Positions 52,476 through 64,000 of a stretch of 64,000 nt of DNA are shown piece after piece. This stretch comes from Octopus sinensis (taxonomy: Eukaryota), in contig NC_043010.1 in assembly GCF_006345805.1 (NCBI RefSeq), positions 12,710,001-12,774,000 on the forward strand, written 5' to 3'. Every line of letters starts with the position of its first letter. The first letter of the stretch is position 1. Below the pieces are notes generated by a model, which saw nothing but the letters and a program-made list of their open reading frames with translations, was not told the origin of the DNA and ran no database searches. Made by a program: the position numbers and the translations under genes.

Positions 52476-52710
52476 ATATTTCTTTACTCCCCACAAGGGG
52501 CTAAACATAGAGGGGAACAAACAAGGACAGACAAAGGGATTAAGTCGATTACATCGACCCCCAGTGCGAAACTGGTACTTTATTTATCGACCCCGAAAGG
52601 ATGAAAGGCAAAGTCGACCTCGGCGGAATTTGAACTCAGAACGTAACGACAGACGGAATACCGCGAAGCATTTCGCCCGGTGCACTAACGTGTCTGCCAG
52701 CTCACCGCCT
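52476..52710 (-). mobile_element. S2 SINE
   Basis: Homology to S2. Confidence 0.9.
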
Positions 52711-52749
52711 TTTTTGCCAAGCTCGCCAATAATAATGATAATAATGATG

Positions 52750-52791
<42 letters not shown>

Positions 52792-53829
52792 GACTCATGT
52801 TAGTAACTAACTGTTTCTCACCATTTTATAATGAGATATTAGAGAAAAGAAGAGGGAAGAGAAAGTGAATAAAAGATACTGGATAACTTGATATGGTGGA
52901 TGAGAATGAGTACATCAAGACGGCTGATAAAGAGAGACATAATATCATGTGTCACGGAATAGTAAGATCATCTGCGCTAAGTAGCACATCACTTGATAAT
53001 GATGAGGAATAAGCAACACAGACATACTGTATTATTGGCTTATGAAAGGTAGGAAAGTATGATAACAATTATAACAGTCATGGTAATAAGAGATTTGTAT
53101 GATGTTATAATCACACAAATATAACAGAACATTAACTATCGTATTTGTTATTGCAAGAAGCTTTATCTATCGCGAATCTGGGTAATGAGATTACAACATA
53201 TGTATATATATATATATGTAAATGCTGTGATAGTAATGTGGTTAAACTTCAATGATGGAATTATGGCAACTTATCCTACTGTCTTAAATAAAGAACACAT
53301 TGGAAAATAAATCCTATGCAAGGACTTTCGGAAAAGATCTCAGTTGCTACATTATCCTAAGGCCCAAAAGAGCTGGGAAAGAAGCTCGTGACTATCCTAT
53401 CTACTAGGCCCTCACTCCCTAAAACCCCCAGTCACCTTGAATTTCAAGTGAGAGTAGAGAGGGAAGTGTTGCCTCCCAGCAATTTTGTTAAAAGGTAGGT
53501 GGATGTAGCATGAATGGCCCAAGTGAATGAGCCTGCTCTAAGCATGCACTTGTAGATCAAGGGTAGATGAAGTGGAGAGGGCACTTGCCCTAGAGGTCAG
53601 GACAATTGTGGTTTTTGTGGGGTTTCCATGAGCAGCCTTTGGAAGCCTCCATTTTTTGGGGATTTATCTGTTATAATTCTTATTGTTATTATCGTTTTAC
53701 ACAATTGAATCCCATTCTTTTTATGCTGTATTGTCCTGTACCATTCCCAGTTTTTTTATATAAATCCTCAGTGATGAATAAATCGAAGTCGATAAAAATC
53801 GAAGTCAATCAACATCAATTGGAAATTGC

Positions 53830-54200
53830 AGCTGTGGTTAAGCAAACCGTCCGATTGTGGCCGTTGCCAGCGCCACCCCGACTGGCCCCCGTGCCAGTGG
53901 CACGTAAAAGCACCATCCGTTCGTGGCCGTTGCCAGCCTCGCCTGGCCCCCATGCCGGTGGCACGTAAAAAGCACTATCCGTTCGTGGCTGTTTGCCAGC
54001 TCCGTCTAGCACCTGTGCAGGTGGCACGTAAAAATCACCCACTACACTCGCGGAGTGGTTGGCGTTAGGAAGGGCATCCAGCCGTAGAAACACTGCCAGA
54101 TCAGACTGGGCCTGATGCAGCCTTCTGGCTTCACAGATCCCAGTTGAACCGTCCAACCCATGCTAGCATGGAAAACGGACGCTAAATGAAGAAGAAGAAG
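53830..54200 (+). mobile_element. S3 element with about three tandem gtggcacgtaaaa units
   Basis: Homology to S3. Confidence 0.88.
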
Positions 54201-54311
54201 TGATGAATAAAGAAAAGATTATTATTATTATTGTCCCCCTCATCCTTCCCCCTTGTGCCAAATAACTGAAATTATTATTATTATTATTATTATTATTTAT
54301 TATTATTATTA

Positions 54312-54600
54312 TGTTTTTTTCCTTCTTTCATCAAATTTTCTTCCGTTTCTCGCCGAGTGTTTTCCATACACCCAGGGCAGAGAAGGGCATTGCATGCATT
54401 CCCAGATTACACGCGCAAATTCACAGATAAAATATGTATTTAAAAATTAATAAATAAATAAATAAATTCATGGATGGATGTTATTTTCACAGCGATAGTG
54501 CTCATCTCAGTACATGAGCCGTTCCAGTTAATACGATTTTTTGCACTTCCTGTAGGGATGGTAAGCCTGGAATCATTTTCAAATAGGTTTCAGTACCTTT
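54312..54600 (-). mobile_element. R4/Dong-type 3' fragment
   Basis: Near-identical reverse complement of about 23828-24110; (TTA)n on both sides. Confidence 0.8.
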
Positions 54601-55004
54601 TATTATTATTATTATCATTATTACTATCATTATTATTATTATCATTATTATTATTATCATTATTATTATTATTATTATGATACCTCTCTTTGTTTTGATA
54701 TTAAAATTGAAAAAAATTAATCGTGCATGTAAAAAATTTTGGACCTGGGTTTGCACCCGCTTAACAAATTTTGTTTCTGCACTTATGATGATAATTCTCT
54801 TTAGTAATAACAGAATACCAAACAATAGTGGATTAGTAGAATCAAGCGAAATTTCTTGAGGTATTTGTTCCAGTTATTTACATTCTGAGTTCAAGTCTAG
54901 CTGAGATCAACTTTTCCTCTTGTCCTTCTGGGGTCAATGAAATAAACTACCAGGCTCAGATGGTGAGGTAACGGAATTGTTAGCAACTGTGTAGAAAGTT
55001 GTGT

Positions 55005-55043
<39 letters not shown>

Positions 55044-55389
55044 TGTTTGTCCCCCACCACCACTTGACAACCAGTGCTGGTTTGTTTACATCCCTGTTAC
55101 TTAGAAGTTCGGCAAATTAAACCAACAAAATAAATGTCATTTTTTTTTTTTTAATTATAAACACTGGGGTAAATTTGTTCAATAAAACCCTTCAAGGCAG
55201 TGCTGTAGCATGGCCACAGACCAATGAGTGAAACAAGCAAAAGATTAAAAAGATAAAATGGCCAACTGTGATTGAGAGAGGGCTTTAGGGATAAGAAAAT
55301 CATAACAATAATCTATAATCCATGCAAATAACAGGAGCATAGTTATATCTGATTCGCAAATAATTCCAGCATAGATTAGTTTATATACA

Positions 55390-55750
55390 GAGGCGCAATG
55401 GCCCAGTGGTTAGGGCAGTGGACTCGCGGTCGTATGATCGCGGTTTCGATTCCCAGACCGGGTGTTGTGAGTGTTTATTGAGCGAAAACACCTAAAAGCT
55501 CCACAAGGCTCCGGCAGGGGATGGTGGTGATCCCTGCTGTACTCTTTCACCACAACTTTCTCTCACTCTTACTTCCTGTTTCTGTTGTACCTGTATTTCA
55601 AAGGGGCCGGCCTTGTCACTCTCTGTGTCACACTGAATATCCCAGAGAACTACGTTAAGGGTACACTTACACGTTAATTTCACGAGCAGGCTGTTCCGTT
55701 GATTCGGATCAACCGGAACCCTCGTCGTCGTAACCGACGGAGTGCTTCCA
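55390..55750 (+). mobile_element. S4 SINE
   Basis: Homology to 48321; flanking repeat AGTTTATATAC. Confidence 0.88.
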
Positions 55751-56177
55751 TTCCAGTTTATATACTGTGCAATAATAATGCCAGCTTAAGTGATATATTA
55801 CAGAAATAACAGTGTTCTCATAAAATACCACTTGAAAATAACAATTGACATAACAGCGGTGCCAATAACACAGAAATATTCTGTAAATTAATATAAGGAA
55901 ATACAGTAATATATTGCACACAGTATTAAAAGCAACTGTATTAATAATAAGAGAAGAGAAAAAGAAAAAAAATCAGGTAAATTCTGAACGCAGAAATAAT
56001 AGTGATAATTCACATAGTAATAACAGAAACCATAGCAATATCATCCTACACAGGTAATAGTAGCAAGAAGAAGTGATATCCCAAGGAGGGGGGAGGAAAC
56101 AACCGCAAATGATATTGGTACACAACAATAGTTACAAGAACAATATTTCCAATTATAAACATATATATATACATATA

Positions 56178-56240
<63 letters not shown>

Positions 56241-56366
56241 CATTATATATATATATATATTATATACACATACATATTTATATATACATATATATATATA
56301 TACATACATACATATTTATATATATATTTGTATATAAACATATATATGTATGTGTATATATGTATA

Positions 56367-56403
<37 letters not shown>

Positions 56404-56629
56404 TGTGTGTATATATGTTACATATATGTACAGTTGTGTGCATGTGTGTATGCATGTGTATGTGTTTATATGTGTGTGTGTATATATGTATATGAGTGTG
56501 AGTATATGTATATATATGTATATGTATATGTGTTTGTATGTATGCAGATGTATATCTGTCTATCTATCTATAAACACACACACACACATACACACACCCA
56601 TGCATACACACACACACATACATGGGGAA

Positions 56630-56665
<36 letters not shown>

Positions 56666-56872
56666 AGGTTAATGAAACATTTGTAACATGAAACTCTGAG
56701 TAGTAAAACAGACAACACCAGGTACATACAATAAACCATTACACCTCAGAAATATATTTAGCCCTTCTTTTATTCACTAAGCAAAAAACATGTTTGTATA
56801 TACATATATGTGTGTGTATACATATATGTGTGTGTATACATATATGTGTGTGTATGCATATATGTGTGTGTG

Positions 56873-56907
<35 letters not shown>

Positions 56908-57062
56908 TATATATATATTATATATAATATATATACACACACACACATATGCATTTTTATATATCGAACACAGTTCAAATTTACAGAAAAGAGAAGACAA
57001 AGACAGGTGAAGGAACAATAAGCAAGTGTATTAGCTTAAAGCCTGGGGAGAATGTAAAAGTT

Positions 57063-57096
57063 TTTGACATTTCGAGCATATGCTCTTCAGCAGAAA
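57063..57096 (-). ncRNA. Degenerate minimal hammerhead motif (A6 mutated to C)
   Basis: TTT-CTGCTGA-A-GAGC(ATAT)GCTC-GAAA-TGTC-AAA. Confidence 0.55.
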
Positions 57097-57673
57097 GGAT
57101 TGAGTGGAAAAAGAATGGAGAGAGAACAAACAAAAAAAATAATGGAGAGAAAATAATTGTGTAGAGATTAATTGTTCAACATGATATATATATATGTTTG
57201 TGAGTGTATGTGTGTGATGTATATGTATATGTATATGTGTTGCGTATGCATTTAAATATATTTATATATGTGTTTGTGTGTGTGTGCATGCACATTCATG
57301 TGTATGTGTGTGTGTGTGTATGCATGTTTTGCTGAACTAACAGTCAAAATAGAGCTTAGTTCATAAATACATATATATTTTTTATATCATAATCAGCAGA
57401 AAGTTACAAAAGTGTCTCTACCTGAGAATATTGTGCATCACCTAGCTCAGCAAGTATGCAGAAGTGTGTGTGTATGTGCATGCGTGCGTGTACATATGTG
57501 TGTATATATACATATATGTATTACCAGACATTGAAGCACAATGAAGTTCTTGGGCACATCAGCTCCTAACAAATTGTCCAACCCATAACAGCGTGGAGCG
57601 TGGACGTTAATGATGATGATGATATTTATACTATATTATATAGATAGATATATATGACAGATATATATATATA

Positions 57674-57859
57674 TCATCATCATCATCATCATCATCGTTT
57701 AACGTCCGCTTTCCGCGCTAGCACGGGTTGGACGGTTTGACCGGTCCTGGGAAGCCAGGGCCGCACCAGGCTCCAGTCTGAATCTGGCAGAGTTTTCTAC
57801 GGCTGGATGCCCTTCCTAACGCCAACCCTCCGTGAGTGGATTGGGTGCTTTTTACTTGC
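57674..57859 (-). mobile_element. S3 element 3' part
   Basis: Homology to S3. Confidence 0.85.
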
Positions 57860-57928
57860 CACAGATATTCTAGAGTTGAGTTGGGGAGGGGGGGTCCAGT
57901 TGAGGCGGGTAATATAGGGGAGCAACCA

Positions 57929-57966
<38 letters not shown>

Positions 57967-58094
57967 TATATATATACATATAACATACATAATACATGTA
58001 TTTAATTCCCCTTGGGAAAGAGTTTAATTGATTTAATTAACTAATTAACTTCCATAATTATAATGCTAACACATTTTTCTTCAATCTCAGAAGG

Positions 58095-58194
58095 NNNNNN
58101 NNNNNNNNNNNNNNNNNNNNNNNNNNNNNNNNNNNNNNNNNNNNNNNNNNNNNNNNNNNNNNNNNNNNNNNNNNNNNNNNNNNNNNNNNNNNNN
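58095..58194. other. Assembly gap (100 N)
   Basis: Run of N. Confidence 1.
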
Positions 58195-58977
58195 CAATGA
58201 TTATGAAGATGATGATTATGAGGATGATGATGATGGTGATGATTATTAATATGATGATTATAATGATGATGATGACAATGATGATGATGATGATGGTACT
58301 GATGATAATGATGATGATGGTACTGATGATGATGATGATGATGATGATGATAACGATGTAGATGATGATGGTACTGATGATGATGATGATTATGATGATT
58401 ATGATGATGATGATGATGATGATGATTAAGATCATCATGATGATGAATATGATAATGATGATGATGATGATGACGATGTTGATGATGAATATGATGATGA
58501 TGAAGATGATGAGTATGATGACGATGATAATGATGATTATGACAATGATGATGATGATTATGATGACAACGAATGTGACGAAAACAGCGATGAAGATAAC
58601 GACAGTGGCGACAGCAACGATGACAATGACAAAGCCTTGGTGATGGAGATAGTGAGGACCATGGAGAAGATGACGAAAATGACGATGGTGCTCTAGCCGC
58701 AGACTCTGCCGTTGACAATGACGGCGTCAAAATGACCAATATGATGTCAAATATGATGAATATGACGTTGGTGACAATGATGACGATGGTGGTGGTGGTG
58801 GTGGTGTTGGAATTGTCTATAATGAGGAGGAGGAAGAGGATTATAGTAGAGGAGGTGTTAGTCATGATGGTGATGGTGGCGGGGAACATGGTACTGGAGG
58901 AAAAGAATGCAGTAGTAGTGGTGGTAGTGGTATTGATGCTGGTGCTGGTGGTATAGCAAGTGCTACTTGGGTTGTTG

Positions 58978-59008
<31 letters not shown>

Positions 59009-59370
59009 GAGGAGGAGGGTCGTGCAGGTGTTGCTCAGGCTGCTGCTGTTGTTGCTGGTGGTGGCGGTGGTGGTGGTGGTAGTGGTGGTGGTGATGGTAG
59101 TGGTGATGGCGGTGGTGGTAGTGGTGGTGGTGATGGTAGAGGTGATGGCGGTGGTGGTAGTGGCGGTGGTGATGGTAGTGGTGATGGCGGTGGTGGTAGT
59201 AGCGGTGGTGATGGTAGTAGCGGTGGCAGTGGTGGTAGTGGCGGTGGTGATGGTAGTGGTGGTGATGGTAGTGGTGGTGGTGGTTGGGATGGTGAGGTGA
59301 TGGGGATGATAGTGATGCTGGTAGTGGTACTGGTGGTGGTACTGGTGGTAGCAGAGGCAGTGCTAGAGGT
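58195..59370. repeat. Degenerate (GAT)/(GGT)/(GTT) trinucleotide region
   Basis: Direct reading. Confidence 0.9.
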
Positions 59371-59869
59371 GTGGTAAAGTTAACCAAAAAAAAAAAAAAA
59401 AAGAAAGAAATAGATGGTGAATATTTCAACAACAATGATACCGATAAGAATTGCAAGCACAAGCACAATAAAGAAAAAGTCTGCAGAGAAAGAACTCTCC
59501 AAGTTTTATCCATTATTTTTATATTTTATATTCTCCAGAATTTTGACAACTTCAATGAATGGAGAAAGTTGGTGTTAAAATGATGGAACCGTAGTCTTGG
59601 TATGCTATCGGTAGCACTGTAGCCATTAGTAGCATTAACATTATTACTCAGACTACAAGAATTCTGTGTAAGTGTACATGTATGTGTGTATGTGCACATA
59701 TACACACATATATATACACAGATACATGTACATATGTATATATACATATGGATGCATAAATATGCATAATGCTCGAATATCTATACAGCCTTGGTTTTTT
59801 ATCTTATTACACAAAAAATTCTTAAACACATATATATATATGCATGCATACACACTTCTACATATATAA

Positions 59870-59914
<45 letters not shown>

Positions 59915-59917
<3 letters not shown>

Positions 59918-60222
59918 CATAATCACGTGACCGACCTGGCTATCAGATGTTGCTACACATCGCTGGTCACATTGCGCTTCACATTGTTTCAGCCTTCAAA
60001 TGACGCCACCTCACTAGCTAAGCAGGCAGGCCAAGAGAAGAAAGAGTGAGAGAAAGTTGTGGTGAAAGAATACAGCAGGGATCGCCACCATCCCCTGCCG
60101 GAGCATTGTGGAGCTATAGGTGTTTTCGCTCAATAAACACTCACAATGCCCGGTCTGGGGATCGAAACCGCGATCCTACGACTGCGAGTCCGCTACCCTA
60201 ACCACTGGGCCATTGCGCCTCC
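59915..60222 (-). mobile_element. S4 SINE with an alternative 3' module
   Basis: 5' ~190 bp homologous to S4; 3' part unrelated. Confidence 0.8.
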
Positions 60223-60332
60223 ACTATATATATATATAGTCAATCCAAACATGAACAAGCAAGAAAAAAACAATGCAAGGACATAGAATAAGTACAGTGT
60301 TATTGGACGCTCAGGAAAGGAAAGAAAAGAGG

Positions 60333-60367
60333 ATTTAACGTTTCGAGTGGAGCTCTTCATCAGAAAT
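60333..60367 (-). ncRNA. Minimal type-I hammerhead motif with intact core
   Basis: ATTT-CTGATGA-A-GAG(CTCCA)CTC-GAAA-CGTT-AAAT. Confidence 0.7.
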
Positions 60368-60829
60368 GTAGAAAAAGTTCAAAGAAGAGAAGACGGAGAA
60401 AGAAAATCGCCAACGATTCACACGCTGTCACATATGCATACATACACACTTCTACATATACATATTTAGTATATATAAATATATATGTATATGAAAATCA
60501 GATCAGATTGGAGCCTGGTGCAGCCTTCTAGCTTTCCAGTCCTCTGCCAAACCGTCCAACCCATGTGCCAGCATGGAAATCGGACGTTAAACAACAAAGA
60601 TGATGATACGTACATACATACATGAGAGTGCAGGGCCTAGTGGTGAGGGTGTTGGTCTCATGACCAATTCCCAGACTGGGTGGTGCATTGTGTTCTTGAG
60701 CAAGACACTTTATCACACGTTGCTCTGTGACCACTTCGACACCCGACACACGGCACACAGTGCACCTCGATTTGATGGAGAGAGTGGGCTTAATGTACAG
60801 CACATGCATTTGATCACTATAAACGTTTC

Positions 60830-61042
60830 TGCCGGCGAGCTGGCAGAAACGTTAACACGCCGGGCGGAATGCTTAGCGGTATTTCGTCTGTCGTTACGTT
60901 CTGAGTTCAAATTCCACCGAGGTTGACTTTGCCTTTCATCCTTTCGGGGTCGATAAATAAAAGTACCAGTTTCGCACTGGGATCGATGTAATCGACTTAA
61001 TCCCTTTGTCTGTCCTTGTTTGTCCCCTCTATGTTTATCCCC
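60830..61042 (+). mobile_element. S2 SINE
   Basis: Homology to S2. Confidence 0.88.
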
Positions 61043-61140
61043 TTGTGGGCAATAAAGAAATATATAAACAAATAATTTGTGCAGGTCATTCAGCAAAAGC
61101 TGTATGACCATGTGACATCTTTGACAGGAGAGTCTATTAT

Positions 61141-61650
61141 AAACGGTGACGCTTTAGATACAAATAATTACAGAGGTATCAAGTTGTTGGATCAGGTAAT
61201 GAAGGTCACGGAGAGAGTCATAGCCCAACTAATTAGGGAGAGAGTCAGTTTAGATGAGATGCAGTTTGCGTTCGTGCCAGGGAAAAGCACCACTGATGCT
61301 ATATTCCTGGTAAGACAGCTGTAGGAGAAATACCTAGCCAAAGATAAACCTCTGTACCTGGCTTTCGTTGACACGGAGAAAGCCTTTGACAGTCCCCTGA
61401 TCCCTTATCTGGAGGTCAATGAGGAAACTAAGGATAGATGAATGGTTAGTGAGAGCTGTGCAAGCCATGTATAGGGACGCAGTCAGTAAGGTGAGGGTTG
61501 GCAACGAGTACAGTGATGAATTCCAGGTAGAGGTAGGGGTCCACCAAGGTTCAGTCCTCAGCCCCCTCCTACTTATCATAGTGCTCCAGGCAATAACAGA
61601 GGAATTCAAGACAGGATTCCTCTGAGAGCTCCTCTAGGCTGACCACCTTG
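61141..61650 (+). pseudogene. RTE-clade reverse transcriptase fragment with stops and a frameshift
   Basis: NYRGIKLL..., QFAFVPGKSTTDAIF, AFVDTEKAFD, VGVHQGSVLSPLL, ending at a mutated YADD (*ADHL). Confidence 0.9.
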
Positions 61651-61831
61651 AAGGGTTGTTTTAGTCAAAAAAATCAACACAAGGATTTCTTTTTAAAACC
61701 TAGTACTTATTCTAGCAGTCTCTTTCGATGAACCACTACATTATGAGAACATAAACGCACCAGCACCAGTTGTCAAGTGATGGTGGAGGACAAACAGACA
61801 CAAAAACATGCATACATATACACATGCTTGC

Positions 61832-61863
<32 letters not shown>

Positions 61864-62239
61864 GTATAGATATATATATAAAGTATATGATTTAACTTAT
61901 TAAACACAGTTCAATAAATTCATTTATATTTATGTAAATGGAGGAGATTAGATGTTAGAATGGATTATAGTTTTTATTACTCATTTTGCTATACAATTTG
62001 TTTCATACAGAAAGACAGATATATATATATACTTTTATATATATATAAACATATACATAATATATAAACTTTATATATATATGCATGCATATATGATGGG
62101 CTTCTTTTAGTTTCCAACTACCAAATCTACTCACAAGTCTATAGTAGAAGACACTTGCACAAGGTGCCATACAGTAGGACTGAACTCGGAACCATGTGAT
62201 CGAGAAGCAAGCTTCTTACCACATAGCCACATGTCTGCA

Positions 62240-62242
<3 letters not shown>
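61650..62242 (-). mobile_element. Diverged S1-like SINE
   Basis: Homology to S1. Confidence 0.65.
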
Positions 62243-62288
<46 letters not shown>

Positions 62289-62295
62289 TATATAT

Positions 62296-62332
<37 letters not shown>

Positions 62333-63962
62333 GTATGTGTATGTGTATGTATGTTTGTATGTATACATAAATATATATATATATACACATATATATTTAC
62401 ATGTATATGTGTGTGAGTTTATAGTCCCCATCATCATCTGACAACCAGTACTGGTTTATTTATGTCCCTATAACTTAACATTTTACAAAAGAGATTGATA
62501 GAATAAGTACCAGGTTTTTAAAAATATATATACTTGGATTGATTTCTTCAAGGTGAAGTTCCAGTATGGCCAAAGGAAAAAGATGTAATTTGAATTAATG
62601 TCGACAGTAATTAAAACTGAGATTTTCTGCTGCTTTTACTTCAAGTTTTGTGTTACTGCTTTTTGGCATTGTTGACATGTATTGCATTAAGTGAGCTTAT
62701 GGAGGTCTTACATACTTGATCAAAATAAGAATTATAAATATCAAGATTGTAAGATTTAAATCTTATAATATAAAATTTAATACTTAAAACTATTTAAAAT
62801 ATGATGGTTGACAGCATCGTCTTTTAAAAGAATTCAGGTGAAAAAACGAAAAGAATAAAGAATAAGAAAGATGTCAGAAAACTATATAGATGTAGACAAT
62901 GGAAAAGAAAAAAGTGGAGAAACAGGAAAACGTGGGAAGAGTGTGGAAGAATGAAGAAAGATTAAGACAGGATAATGAGAAAAAGAAAGAAAAGACAGAG
63001 AGACAGATCTGTGAAAAGAAAAGGATGAAGCTGAAAGATGTTGATCACAGGAATCTGTATATCATTACTTTAAAACGTTTAGTAACTTAAGATACAATTG
63101 TGTAATATAGAAGAGTATCTATAAGGAAAGAAGGGAAAAATAAATACTAATATATAAATGTATGTAAATATATAAACATTGGTCCATGGAAAAGCAGGGA
63201 ATGAAAGAGAAGGTGATGTAAATGTATTATGCCTACGAGGCAGAGAAAAATTGATCATACATGTAGAGGAGTTGAAGGAGAAAAAGAAAAGAAAGTCACA
63301 ATAAGGTAAAAAAAGAAGAGGAAGAAAAAGAAAGAGAGGGAGAGAGAGAGAGAGGGACAAAGATATACATATTCACAGTTCAGAGAGAACAGCTGATCAG
63401 TACTTAAATAAAATAAAGTGAAATGGTGTACAAAACTCAATAGACAAAACTGATTCAAGTTCTTTTTTTCAATTATGAGAAAAGAGAAATCAGTTTACCA
63501 AGACTCTACTGTTTTGATATGAAATGCCTTTGAACAACACTGGACTAATAGAGAACCAGATGTGGATAAGGAAGCAGAACTCTAAAATATTCAAAGAATA
63601 TCTAAAGTACTCCAAGGAACTTCCAAAATAAAAATATCAAAGAATTTCATTGGAATTCCACTTACGTGAGTATATAATACATTAAGCCTGTAGGTAGAAT
63701 TTGTTTCTATAAAATGAACTTATTTGGTGGTGACATTTAGAAATGAGTTCATTCCTAGAATATAGCAAATTGACTGGAGGTGGCAATATGGAAAGTGCTT
63801 CACAACTAAACAAGCAGCATGATTTGGAACCACCACAATAGAGTTTTGAAAACTTAACCAGTATATCAAGTATCTAACAATATCCAGACATGATAGACAG
63901 GTGGTATTTCTTTTCTGTGGATGCCGAAAAGAATGCATATGTTGTGTGTATCTGCTCTTTAA

Positions 63963-64000
63963 CCCTTTAGCATTTAAACCGGCCATATCCAGCCAAATGT
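63963..64000. mobile_element. Start of a piggyBac-type MITE (8410/14544 family), cut by the window edge
   Basis: TTAA|CCCTTTAGCATTTAAACCGGCCATATCC, the reverse complement of the 14764 end. Confidence 0.75.

Noticed and set aside
53830-54040. ~60-bp repeated units as a CRISPR-like array
   Set aside because: Internal tandem units of the S3 retroposon with no unique spacers, in a eukaryotic context.
58041-59513. 490-aa His/Thr-rich ORF
   Set aside because: Reverse read of degenerate trinucleotide repeats; it spans the N gap and has no complex domain.

Overview
AT-rich eukaryotic DNA saturated with repeats. The SINE/MITE repertoire and very dense microsatellites look like an Octopus-type cephalopod genome; this is an inference and no taxonomic check was possible. 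I can support no protein-coding gene: the supplied ORFs I examined are microsatellite or SINE read-throughs or dead transposon fragments. Solid features are one intact tRNA-Leu(UAA) gene, about 35 SINE copies in five families (S1-S5 are my own labels), four non-autonomous Helitrons, piggyBac-, mariner- and pogo-type MITEs, an 8-bp-TSD MITE family, fragments of CR1, RTE and R4/Dong-type LINEs, and one 100-N gap. The best lead is four minimal type-I hammerhead ribozyme motifs of the Penelope-like kind. One of them (8675-8724, minus) has both nucleotides of the catalytic-core C3-G8 pair swapped to G3-C8. Other leads: a young, apparently full-length element of about 260 bp whose 5' end can fold into a pseudoknot, several fold-back duplications, unusually long flanking direct repeats, and weak exon candidates.
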